From the NCBI GenBank assembly GCA_024346625.1, contig AP024664.1:124001-188000 (forward strand): a DNA stretch of 64,000 bases, read 5' to 3'. Below, one piece after another: positions 31,061 to 41,800 of the stretch. Every line of letters starts with the position of its first letter. Position 1 is the first letter of the stretch. Source of the DNA: Williopsis jadinii (taxonomy: Eukaryota). The notes beneath the pieces are model-generated. The model worked only from the letters and a program-made list of their open reading frames with translations, was not told the origin of the DNA and did no database searches. The translations under genes were made by a program, and so were the position numbers.

Positions 31061-33007
31061 ATGAGCACTCCAAGTTACTTCTGCGATGGTGTACCTGTTT
31101 TCACCCCATCGATCGAGGAGTTCAGTGACTTTTACGGCTATATGAAGGCCATCAACAGCTATGGAATGGCTGCTGGTATTGTCAAGGTTATACCACCTGC
31201 TGAGTGGGTTGAAGCTCTTCCGGAGATTAGTGAAGAGAAGCTGAGGTCCATCAAGATCAAGAACCCCATTATTCAGCATTTTAACGGGTCCAATGGGGTG
31301 TTCGCGTCGCAGAACATTGAGAGGCCACGGACGTATAACATCGTGCAATGGAAGGCCTTGAGCGAGGCCTCAAGCAACCAGCCGCCTGCTCCACGGGGTA
31401 AACTGAGGAAATCTGTTGATGGCGAGACCCAGAGATGGAACAGCAAGGTGATTAACGGCAAGGTTGACGAGGATTCCATGTTCGAGTCGTTTGAGTACAA
31501 CATTGACGTTTCTGAGTTCACGCCGGAGAGGTGTGAACAGTTGGAGAGAGTGTACTGGAAGAGCTTGATCTTTGCGGACCCAATGTACGGTGCAGACATG
31601 CTGGGGTCGATCTTTGACGATAGCGTGAAGCATTGGAACGTTGCACGTTTACCCAACGTTTTAGACCATTTGGAGGAGAAACTACCGGGAGTTAACGATG
31701 CCTACTTATACGCTGGGCTGTGGAAGGCCTCATTCTCCTGGCACTTGGAGGACCAGGACCTGTACTCGATAAACTACTTGCACTTCGGTGCTCCTAAGCA
31801 GTGGTACTCGATTCCGAGGGTGTACAAGGATAAATTTGACGTTTTGATGAGAGAACTGTTCCCAGAGGACTCTTCACGATGTCCAGACTTCCTGAGACAT
31901 AAGACATTCTTAGCATCACCAAGTTTTTTGGAATCAAAGGGTATAAAAGTTAACAAGATTGTTCATCACCAAGGTGAATTCATGATAACTTACCCGTATG
32001 GATATCATGCCGGCATGAACTACGGTTATAACTTGGCTGAATCTGTTAACTTTGCCACGGATGATTGGTTTGAATATGGGCTGAAAACTACCAAGTGCCT
32101 GTGCATCAGTGACTCTGTGGGGATTGACGTGCCGAAGTTGATAAGGAGGTTTAAAGGTGAAGCTGAACCCGAGATTGAATCGGAGTGTGACCACGTTGTG
32201 GAAAGCGATGAGACACCAATTACCTCTGAAGATGAGCACGTTCCAACTCCAGTTATCAAGCTGGTGACACCTTCAACTGCTGACTCCAAGTCTAAGGCTT
32301 CGAACGATGCTCTGGCTGTGAAGACAAAGAGAAAGAGGAAAGCATCCACATCGTCGTCGTCATCTCCCGTTGTTCTCAAGAGAAGAAGTACACAAGTGCT
32401 TCAGTGCCAATTATGTCCACATACTCTACCACAGAGCTCTATCGAAGATAACAGCATGTTCACACTTGTACCCATAGTTGAATCATTGGAGAATGGCGAT
32501 GCCGAGACCATACAGTTCTGCCATGCCATCTGTGCGTATCTATTACCAGAAACGTCAATACAAGTGGATGGCTCCAATCAAGTGGTTCTCGGGATGTCAG
32601 AGGTCTCCAATGCGAGAAGATCCTTGAAATGTCTCTACTGCCATTCTAAGAAAGGTGTATGTTTCCAATGCACTTCACCAAAGTGTACGAGGTCATACCA
32701 TGGAACCTGTGCCGTTGCATGTGGAGTTGAACTCCATGCACACGATTCGAACCATTTATGTCGCTTCCATAGGGACAGATCTCCAATGGATATCAACAGC
32801 AGGTTTGTTGAAGAGTTGGAAGTCGGTGATATTGTTCAGGTTAAGCTACAAAGCTATTTCCCCGGCAAGGTTGTTTCGAAGAATCTCGGAGAAGGAAGCA
32901 TATCTGTAAAGGCATATCCAATGAAGGACGATGACGATACAATCATTGAAGTTCCAATCTCGTGCGTTGCATATCAAGGTATAAAGAATTCGTTATTCAA
33001 GTGTTGA
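31061..33007 (+). CDS. RPH1: JmjN/JmjC histone demethylase (Rph1/KDM4 family) with C-terminal extended PHD and Tudor-like region
   Basis: JmjN GVPVF.P..EEF...GIVKVIPP; JmjC SWHLEDQDLYS and YPYGYHAG (Fe ligands intact); CQLC...HAICA...CLYC...CFQC..PKCTRSYHGTCA...CRFH. Confidence 0.9.
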   Translation: MSTPSYFCDGVPVFTPSIEEFSDFYGYMKAINSYGMAAGIVKVIPPAEWVEALPEISEEKLRSIKIKNPIIQHFNGSNGVFASQNIERPRTYNIVQWKALSEASSNQPPAPRGKLRKSVDGETQRWNSKVINGKVDEDSMFESFEYNIDVSEFTPERCEQLERVYWKSLIFADPMYGADMLGSIFDDSVKHWNVARLPNVLDHLEEKLPGVNDAYLYAGLWKASFSWHLEDQDLYSINYLHFGAPKQWYSIPRVYKDKFDVLMRELFPEDSSRCPDFLRHKTFLASPSFLESKGIKVNKIVHHQGEFMITYPYGYHAGMNYGYNLAESVNFATDDWFEYGLKTTKCLCISDSVGIDVPKLIRRFKGEAEPEIESECDHVVESDETPITSEDEHVPTPVIKLVTPSTADSKSKASNDALAVKTKRKRKASTSSSSSPVVLKRRSTQVLQCQLCPHTLPQSSIEDNSMFTLVPIVESLENGDAETIQFCHAICAYLLPETSIQVDGSNQVVLGMSEVSNARRSLKCLYCHSKKGVCFQCTSPKCTRSYHGTCAVACGVELHAHDSNHLCRFHRDRSPMDINSRFVEELEVGDIVQVKLQSYFPGKVVSKNLGEGSISVKAYPMKDDDDTIIEVPISCVAYQGIKNSLFKC

Positions 33008-33023
33008 TATCACTGATATATGA

Positions 33024-33875
33024 TCAGATCTTTCTAGCGAGTTTAAGCACTGTAAGCCATTCTAACTTGACAGTGGTTGCTGGAGTCCACTTCATCTTCG
33101 ACTGTAGCTCTTTCAAGTATAAGTCAGCGATATCGGCTTGGTCCTTATGAGAGCGTTTCCAGTTGTGGTAGGAGCTCCATGTCTTTACATAATTGCCATA
33201 AAATGTCAACGGCATTTCCCGTTTAATACTCAAAGGTGAAGAGGTGCTATCATTCTGAGCATCGCCAGGTGTTCTCTTGAAAGTCTCGACATCCTTAAAC
33301 TTCTCAGCTGGCACCTTAACCTCGTCCAGTAGTCCTCTAAGGATATTTCTGCCTGGCTGCTCCCAGTAGGGACCCAGCTTTGTAGGGTCTTCATACGTGA
33401 ACTCCATGCTCAGTCTATCAGCCACTGGGTCGTTGAAAACAGGGTCTGCGTAGCCCCAGATCGCAATGGTCCCGTTAGGCTTGAGCACACGGTACACCTC
33501 GTCAAAGAACTTGTCCAATTGGAACCAATGGACACACTGGGCCACGGTTATCAGGTCCACGGAGTTGTTCTCCAAGAAGGTCAGCTCCTCCGCAGGACTC
33601 TGCTGGAACGAGATTCTCCCCCTGAGCGAGGGCTCCTCCTCAGCCCTGGACGTCGCAGTCGCCACCATCGTGCCAGATAGGTCAGTGCCGATGACTCGTT
33701 TGAAATAACGAGTCAGTGGGTACGACGCCTGGCCTGATCCGCAGCCAATGTCCACCGCAAGCTCATCACCACCCTCGTGATAGTGCACGATGAACTCGTA
33801 CAGAGAGTCGTCGTAGCTCGGTCTAAACCGGGCGTAGCCCTTGGAGTCGAAGTCCTGATCCGAGAAAGCAGACAT
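33024..33875 (-). CDS. TMT1: SAM-dependent small-molecule methyltransferase (trans-aconitate methyltransferase Tmt1/Crg1 family)
   Basis: MSAFSDQDF...Y..FRPSY, AVDIGCGSG, DLITVAQCVHWF, LGPYWEQPGR. Confidence 0.88.
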   Translation of the reverse strand: MSAFSDQDFDSKGYARFRPSYDDSLYEFIVHYHEGGDELAVDIGCGSGQASYPLTRYFKRVIGTDLSGTMVATATSRAEEEPSLRGRISFQQSPAEELTFLENNSVDLITVAQCVHWFQLDKFFDEVYRVLKPNGTIAIWGYADPVFNDPVADRLSMEFTYEDPTKLGPYWEQPGRNILRGLLDEVKVPAEKFKDVETFKRTPGDAQNDSTSSPLSIKREMPLTFYGNYVKTWSSYHNWKRSHKDQADIADLYLKELQSKMKWTPATTVKLEWLTVLKLARKI

Positions 33876-34416
33876 TCCAAGGCTTCTTGTTCAACCAGCG
33901 CTGTGATATTGCCCTTTACAGCAGCCATCATGGAACCCCATAGAGCAAAGAGGCAACCACCGGTGCTTATATATATCATTAAACCCGCTAACACCGCTAC
34001 TCCCGAGCAATCTCCGACGCCCAACTCCGACGCCCATCTCCGATCACCGGATTTGATCACCGGGGCCAGAAACACAGCATTCGTTGGCAACGGCTCCGAA
34101 CGGTTTCCAATGGCAGCTTATGGGCCAGCTCTCTATGCCCAGCTGCCTCTTTATGCCCAGCTTGTAGCAATGTGAAGCTTCCCGACGGCCGCCTTTGAGT
34201 ATGAGCGCGGTGGCTGTGGACGGTGAAGCGTTGCTATGGGGCTCGGTATATTACGTAAGCTCTTAGTAATCACATTCTCTCGTATCCCTCACACCAGGCC
34301 TGGTGTACTTTGTCAACAAAGCCTGTTCCACTGAGCAGCTGGGGAGGTTGCTGGACAGCGAGTGCCGGCTGTTTGTGAGCTGATTAGTGTGATTTGCACA
34401 GGTGTGAGAGTGTGGT

Positions 34417-35748
34417 ATGGGCGACGTACGGAAGCACAACTTTAGTGAGTATCTGAAGCTGAAGAGGCGGAGGGAGGAGCAGCGGACGGAGGAGCAGTCG
34501 CAGGCTGGGACAGAGGGACGGGCAGAGGGACGGGCAGAGGCTCAGGAAGAGGCTCAGGAAGAGGCCCACACAGAGCCTCAGACAGAGAGGAACGCTGCTA
34601 CAGCGAAAGAGCACCAGAGCAGCGCTGCTGCCCACGAGAACTGCTCGCCCGTCACTTGGGACGACGAATTCACAGTGCTGGAGAAGAAGTACGCGGAGGG
34701 AAACGCCCTCCCTCCACTGCTATCGCCTCAATTACCCTCGAGATACACGGATAGACCGATGATACCCACGAAACTGTCGCCCACACTGCCCCCAAAGTAC
34801 TCCAGACAGGTGCCAGAGAGGAAGCCAACGCCGTTGTCCTTGTCGTCCGCCTCTTCCAATAGGCGTGTTAAGATAGTGAGGAGAAACCACTGTCTGGAAG
34901 TGACGATTCACCTTCCACCAGGGCTCAAAGTGAAGGCCCATAACAGCGTTACCAAGAAGCAGGCCAATGGTAACAGCAGGCTTATCGGGCTGGGTATCTC
35001 CACCTCTGCCTCCATAGACAAGGAGCAGTGTCATGCCAATTTCGAAAAGTTCGTTAGAGTCGCAACAGAGAAGAAACACCTTGGTGACTCGTATCGTGAT
35101 AGTCCCGGTGGAAACGATAGGGAGAACGTGCAACTGGCGATCGTGACGTACATTGACTCGATAACCATGTACCTCGTGGGGTTCCACCACCAGGACATGT
35201 ACAGGAAGCTGTGTAAGAAGCTGTCGGATGAGAAGACATGGCTCACGCTAGAGTCGCTCCTGGACCTGGTCATCACTCTGTCACAGCACGAGCACAACGA
35301 CTCATCTGACATCACAGGGCTGTGCTACCAGATACGGTGTGTCGTCTACGAGCACGTGAGTCGCATAGTGGATGGCTACATCCGTGTGGCCATTGCCAAC
35401 AGGAAGAGAAGCTCCTCTGACGCGGACAAGCTGAGGTACGGCGACGTGCTTGTCGAGAGGATCAAGCAACAGATGAAGTACAGGGACATCTCGCGCAAGT
35501 CCTTGGAACGTGGTGATGAACTGCTCGACATGGCCCAGCTAGCGAGACGGTACAGGCCATTGCTGGGCAGGCCCTCCAGGGAGAAGCCCGTGGAGGAGGA
35601 TAGAGCTGAGTCGCTGTTCGACGGTGCGGTCCACCTGCCCATAAACCACACCACAACGGTCGAAGAGGTCAGCGAGTACGCTGTGCGAGTCGCACAGCTC
35701 TGGAGCAAGCACCAGGGCGTACGGTACACCAATTGGGGCCTCGGATGA
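34417..35748 (+). CDS. Uncharacterised nuclear protein with an AFF4-CHD/Ebp1-like C-terminal helical domain
   Basis: Long GC3-rich ORF with basic NLS, LPPLLSPQLP/LSPTLPP motifs, and C-terminal ATEKKHLGD...AIVTYIDSITMYL...W..L..LL...GLCYQIRCVVY resembling the AFF CHD helices. The family call is by eye. Confidence 0.6.
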   Translation: MGDVRKHNFSEYLKLKRRREEQRTEEQSQAGTEGRAEGRAEAQEEAQEEAHTEPQTERNAATAKEHQSSAAAHENCSPVTWDDEFTVLEKKYAEGNALPPLLSPQLPSRYTDRPMIPTKLSPTLPPKYSRQVPERKPTPLSLSSASSNRRVKIVRRNHCLEVTIHLPPGLKVKAHNSVTKKQANGNSRLIGLGISTSASIDKEQCHANFEKFVRVATEKKHLGDSYRDSPGGNDRENVQLAIVTYIDSITMYLVGFHHQDMYRKLCKKLSDEKTWLTLESLLDLVITLSQHEHNDSSDITGLCYQIRCVVYEHVSRIVDGYIRVAIANRKRSSSDADKLRYGDVLVERIKQQMKYRDISRKSLERGDELLDMAQLARRYRPLLGRPSREKPVEEDRAESLFDGAVHLPINHTTTVEEVSEYAVRVAQLWSKHQGVRYTNWGLG

Positions 35749-36177
35749 CCGGTATATACCACCATTACTTCTATCTCTTCCATCACCATCATCACCACTA
35801 CTACTACCACAGCACACCGTGCTTACGTAAGCCATCTCCCGCGCGGCGCTCATAACCACTTCCTAAAATAGAACACCCGCGAAAATTGCCCCTTCGGGAA
35901 CTTTGTTTGCGTTTCACGCTTTAGGGGGATTAAATCAAAGGCTCGTGAACACATTTTCCTCTCTTTGACGTGAAACATTTGCTCCTCTGATCTCTCATCA
36001 AAGCCATCAATCTCACCAGACTGGCTTGTTTTGACGGGAGAGCCCACCGAGTGATCTGCCTACGTACTTGTGCTGGATTTGGAACACGGCTTCACGGCTC
36101 AAAGCAGCAGAGAGAGAGCTCCATACACGGCGTACGACTCGAGACGAAGGCCAGCAGCTCAGGACCCCTGCGGCAGG

Positions 36178-38592
36178 ATGAACTTCATAAGGAAGAGGCC
36201 ACCGACGGTGATCGAGGAGTTGACGGAGGTGTACAACGAAGCAGCGAACAAGACCATCACGAACCTGGCGCTGGAGCAGAAGGGCGACTATAAGCGAGCC
36301 GTTGACGGCTGGAAGGCATTGCATACACAAGTGTTGTTCAAGATTGACATCATCAACAAGGCCTTCACGAGCCATCACTACACGGCAGATGAGCTGTACG
36401 TGAGGGAGGGGATCGAGGATCTGCTGCTGAAGGGCGTGGACCACCAGGAGCGGGTGGAGAACGCCCTACGGTCCCAGCAGGGCTCGCTGTCGTCGTTATC
36501 GTCCACCAGCAGCCATCACCTCCATCAGCAGAGCACGTACACGGTGCCAACGCTGAGATCCGGCACTCCTCAGAGCTTCACGGTGAGACGGGAACAGCAG
36601 GAAGGGCCGAAGCCTCAGCGACTGTTGAAGACGTTGCGATCTGATCACAAGCCTTTGTTGAAACACAGTGCCAAATCGTACACAGGGTACGGTTCAAATG
36701 CCAAACAGGCACACGACATGTCGATGACCGCTGCCACGACGATGCTGCCACCTAACCATAAGCAGCAAGTGTGGTCGACGTCGAAGAGCTTGAACAACGG
36801 CTCCTCTTCGCTAACTTCTGTTGCTCAGAGACAGGGGAAGCCTGTTGAGGATGTGAATATCTTTGATAAGTCATTTGAAGACGATTTTGACAGCTTTGGT
36901 ATGACTCTGTCCAGAGAGGATACGCTGAAGCAGCTAGAGGCGTCGGGAAAGCAGTCGAAGTCCTCGAGACATCAAGTGATTGATCTAACACTGGATGACT
37001 TGGACATCAACGACGGCTCACAGCCACTGTCCCCTCCTTCGAATACCATTAGCCCAACAGTAAGATCTCCAAAGATCCCACCTCCACCGATTCCATCTCA
37101 AAAGCCAGCTGTTAAGCCAGCTGTTAAGTCACAGACAACTAAGCCTGCCCCTTCAGCTCTCAAAGCTGGTAGAAAAGTTGCGGTGGCTCCATCTAGACAG
37201 AAGACTAATGCTACTCCTCCTGTTTCTAGACTACCAACATTGACCAAGTCAAACACTGCACCACCGTCGTCCACTGTGAGAAAAGCAACCCCGAGGACTG
37301 CCACTCGAACCACGAGACCAACAGCTACCACTACAAAGACGTCAAACGTTGCATCCAAACCACCTGTTAAGAAAATTGTCAGACCAGGCACTGCGAACTC
37401 ACAACAGCATCAGCAGCAACAGCCACGTGCTGGTGCTCGTGCAGTGAAGACCACTGCTTCGATACCATCAAGATCTCAAACGCAATCGCAACCTCAGTCT
37501 CGGCAAGCACTGAAGCCTCCAGTGAAGAAGGAAAGAGCAAGGTCTGAATCACCTTCCAGGGGGGAGAAGGACACTGAAACATTGGACTCTGATAACGCAG
37601 ATGAAGAGCTGGTACACTTGTCAGAAAAGGAGATCCGTGAAAAGATGGAGGATCAAATAATTGAGGAGATCAGAGGCATAGATTATAACGCTGCGAAGCA
37701 GATCTTCAACGAGATTGTTGTACGTGGAGACGAGGTCCATTGGGATGATATCGCAGGTCTGGAAACAGCCAAAAACTCCCTGAAGGAAACAGTCGTGTAT
37801 CCATTCCTAAGACCTGATTTGTTCTCTGGCTTGAGAGAACCTGCGAGAGGTATGTTACTCTTTGGCCCACCAGGTACTGGTAAGACCATGCTGGCACGGG
37901 CAGTAGCCACGGAATCCAAGTCCACCTTCTTTTCCATCAGTGCCTCGTCCTTGACCTCCAAGTACTTAGGTGAATCTGAAAAGCTGGTGAGGGCCTTGTT
38001 CCAGCTTGCAAAGAAGCTGTCGCCAGCGATCATCTTTGTCGATGAGATTGACTCCTTGTTGTCGTCCAGAAGCGAAGGTGAAAACGAATCATCAAGACGT
38101 ATCAAAAACGAGTTCTTGATCCAATGGAGTGATCTGACTCACGCTGCTGCTGGAAAGGACACAGGCGAAGATCTTCAGAGGGTGCTGGTGTTGGCTGCCA
38201 CCAACTTGCCATGGGCAATTGACGAGGCTGCGAGAAGAAGATTCGTTAGAAGACAGTATATTCCATTACCAGAACCGGAGACACGCCTGGCTCAGATCAG
38301 GAAACTATTGGCTCACCAGAAACACACGCTGGATGAAAAGGACCAGGCGAAGTTGGTTGAATTGACTGATGGCTTCAGTGGTAGTGATATAACAGCATTG
38401 GCCAAGGATGCTGCTATGGGTCCACTAAGATCACTCGGTGATAAGTTGTTGGAAACTGACAAATCTGAAATCAGACCTATTGGACTAGAAGACTTTGAAT
38501 CAAGTTTGAAGTACATCAGACCGAGTGTCAGTAAAGAACACTTGGTTGAATTCGACGAATGGGCAAAGAAGTTTGGTTCAAGCGGTGTATGA
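36178..38592 (+). CDS. SAP1: AAA-ATPase of the spastin/Sap1/Yta6 family
   Basis: MIT-like N-terminus, [49 protein letters not shown] at 36178; near TPA1/ISD11/CAJ1 as in S. cerevisiae. Confidence 0.9.
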   Translation: MNFIRKRPPTVIEELTEVYNEAANKTITNLALEQKGDYKRAVDGWKALHTQVLFKIDIINKAFTSHHYTADELYVREGIEDLLLKGVDHQERVENALRSQQGSLSSLSSTSSHHLHQQSTYTVPTLRSGTPQSFTVRREQQEGPKPQRLLKTLRSDHKPLLKHSAKSYTGYGSNAKQAHDMSMTAATTMLPPNHKQQVWSTSKSLNNGSSSLTSVAQRQGKPVEDVNIFDKSFEDDFDSFGMTLSREDTLKQLEASGKQSKSSRHQVIDLTLDDLDINDGSQPLSPPSNTISPTVRSPKIPPPPIPSQKPAVKPAVKSQTTKPAPSALKAGRKVAVAPSRQKTNATPPVSRLPTLTKSNTAPPSSTVRKATPRTATRTTRPTATTTKTSNVASKPPVKKIVRPGTANSQQHQQQQPRAGARAVKTTASIPSRSQTQSQPQSRQALKPPVKKERARSESPSRGEKDTETLDSDNADEELVHLSEKEIREKMEDQIIEEIRGIDYNAAKQIFNEIVVRGDEVHWDDIAGLETAKNSLKETVVYPFLRPDLFSGLREPARGMLLFGPPGTGKTMLARAVATESKSTFFSISASSLTSKYLGESEKLVRALFQLAKKLSPAIIFVDEIDSLLSSRSEGENESSRRIKNEFLIQWSDLTHAAAGKDTGEDLQRVLVLAATNLPWAIDEAARRRFVRRQYIPLPEPETRLAQIRKLLAHQKHTLDEKDQAKLVELTDGFSGSDITALAKDAAMGPLRSLGDKLLETDKSEIRPIGLEDFESSLKYIRPSVSKEHLVEFDEWAKKFGSSGV

Positions 38593-38802
38593 AAGTCACA
38601 TCAACACGCTGTCTTCGGTTGTTTGTATTTATTGCTTGCTTTCTAATGGCATAATTACTAGTTTTGCATGTGCGAGTAATTCTCGTCTACTGATTCATCG
38701 GTTAATGATACGTAATAATACGCTAAATATACTAATTACACAAGATTGGGTCTTTATATGAGGTGTTTTTTTAGTGGAGTTGAATGTTTCCTTTCCCCTT
38801 CT

Positions 38803-41800
38803 TCAACTGTAGTCTTCACGGGTTGTTGTCTTCATCAAATCCCTTGCGTTGGTCAAGCCAGGCAGGTCTAGAGAAGTTCTCGCATTTTCAATGGAGATGC
38901 GGCCATCACCCAGTTGACGTTCTCTTTGCATAGAGCGTCTTGTAACTTCCAACGAAGTTCTTGGCTCGAAATTGTCAGTGTCATGGTTATCAATATCACT
39001 GAACTGGCCTCTTTCTCTGAATCTTGGGGTGCCATTATCATCAACGAGTTGCATTGCAATCTCCTCTGTTGATAAGTGTTGATCATCAGTAGGATAACTA
39101 GATCTCTTGGAACCTCTACTAAACATTCTAGAGGATCTTGGTGTCTTTGGAGAAGCTGTCGCGTGCGTGAGCATGTGATTGGTGGAGTACTGCGAAATCT
39201 TTGGTCTATTTGGATCTGTTGGATCATAACTCTTTGGGTATTGGCTGAAGTCACCTCTAGCAACACACTCTCTGATGATATCCACATCCTTTGGGAAGAA
39301 ATACTTTTGACAACAGTCATAAACAAATCTTGGCATCAAACACACAAGAATACCAACAAACAAGCAGGCCCAAAATGCAACACTGCCATAAACTTGAGCA
39401 GCAGCTTTGTAATATTCTGCAGATGCAGTACTTGAACTCCAAATACCCGTCCAGGCAATCAAGACAATAATGGAGAGGAAAATAATCAAGGAAGAAAGCC
39501 AGTCCCACATGTAAAGGTGAATCAACATGTACAAGTTGCATGAGATCACCGCAATGGACGCGACAAGTGTACCAATCCAATAACGGTGATCAAGGTTAAG
39601 ACCATTAAAAGACACGATACCACCGGTTTTATAAAGACAGTATGGCAAGAAGTAAGACATCACAGATTGATAGACACCGTCAACCATATACCACCAGAAC
39701 TTCTTCATTGTCCACTCAGTTCTGTATATACCAACAACGTAAAGTTGAGGGACAAGTAAGGAGACAACATCGTTCACATCCTGGTCAAAGATACCCATAA
39801 AGATAACTGGAAGGGATGTAAATGCCAAGTTGTAGAACATCAAGTAAGTGTATTCAAAAAGGTAGGTACCATCAAATTGGTTGAAGATACCATACCAGAA
39901 CAAAGCAACCGTGAAAATGACATTCTTGTAGAAGAAACTTGGGATCATCTCTGCAATTCTCTTGTATGACCATCTTCCATGAACAAGGACAAGTCTAGTC
40001 AAGTATCTGAACTGACCAACAGCATAATCAGAGGACATGACAGCCTGTCTACCTTCTTCACCAGCAATACCAACACCGATATCTGCAGACTGAATCATAG
40101 CAACATCGTTGGAACCGTCACCAATTGCCAAAGTCATCACCTCAAGGTTTTCTTTCACCATCTTGACAACGGCAGCTTTTTGAGCTGGGGAGACTCTGCA
40201 ACACAGAACAGCCTTACATTGCTTACATAACAACAAGAATTTTCTCATGTTGTCACCTTGCAAAGCCAACTTCAAAGCATCACCGTCGATAACAACACCA
40301 TAGTTACCATGTGGAGGTTCGTGCTCGCTCTTAGCCTTTTCAACTTCTTCCCAGCTACCATCCATGTCGAACTTCTCGCGAAGATATTTGTCCAATAAAT
40401 GTGCAACGATTAATCTTGGATCTCTGGATATGTTTTCAACATCCTCACCAGTGGTTTTCACAACCAACAATTCCATATCGTTACCAAGTAAGTTACAAGA
40501 GAAACCGATGTTGATGGCTGTTTCGACTTTATCACCAGTTAAGACCCATAGCTTAATACCAGCTTGGGCCAGGATAGCAATAGCATCTGGAACACCATCT
40601 TGCAATCTGTCTTCAATAGCTGTACCTCCCAAAAGTGTCAATTCTCTTTCGATGGAATCGGCAACTTCTTCCATCTTTTCTTCTCTCTTAACAAGGGCAG
40701 CTGCTGCAGACTCGTGTTTCTTACTCCAGGTAAGGTATTGATCCCAAGAAAGTTCTCTCTGTGCAATACACAAGGTTCTTAAACCTTCAGTTGCATACTC
40801 CTCCAAGTGTAAAGCTGTTCTCTCCAAGAGTTGTTCGTCAGAGTTCTTTTTAAGTCTAGAGTAAATGATAGAATCAGCACCTTTACAAATAAGCAGAGCC
40901 TTTGGTTCACCATTTGGATCATCAGATGGAATCTTAATGATTGCACTCATTCTCTTTCTCGTGGAGTTGAATTCCAGCACGTTCAAGACTTGGTACTCCT
41001 TGGCAACACCTTGAACTTCCACAATCAGCCCCTTCTTTGTGCTGTTTATATAACAGAATCCAACATCTCTAGCTGTACCAACAAGAGCGGCTTCATCTGG
41101 AGACTGTGCCTTAAAAATAATCTTATCTGGGTCAGATTTATCCTCTTCTGCCAAGACAGAATGACAAAGTGCCAGAGCAAGCATGAAATGTTCATCCGCA
41201 GCCTGTTGTTCGGCACCACGAGCACCTTTCAAATCCTGGACAAATTCCTTCGAAATGAATGTAACCTCTTCAGGTTTAAGTCTTTTGTTTGGAGAAATGG
41301 AGTACAAATCTTGAATCATAATCTCCTTATCTTCAGCGATTGCAGCCTTTTCACGAGAAGATTCTTCTTCAACATCAACACCTTGTCTCTTTCTTAAACC
41401 TGCAAGGGCCTCAGTATATGCACGACCATAAGATATACCATTAATTGTACACTTTTTAAATTCCATAACGTTTTGGGTCAACGTACCAGTCTTGTCACTA
41501 AAGATGTACTCAATTTGACCCAAATCATCTGAAATATTCCAGGACTTCGGTGTACATGGATAATCCAACTTGTCGTAATACATATTGACATCAGAGTAGA
41601 TAAAGAACGCCTGTGCTGTCTTCACAATTTCGATGGAGATGTAAAGCGAGATAGGAACCAACGATTGGTACAAGATAACTGCAACGAAGAAACTGACAAT
41701 ACCATTGGCGGCAGAAGATCCTGCGATGGTACCAAATTCGAAATAACGACGAGAATTGAGTTCCTGGTTATATGATATACCGTTAACCAAACCAGAGATG

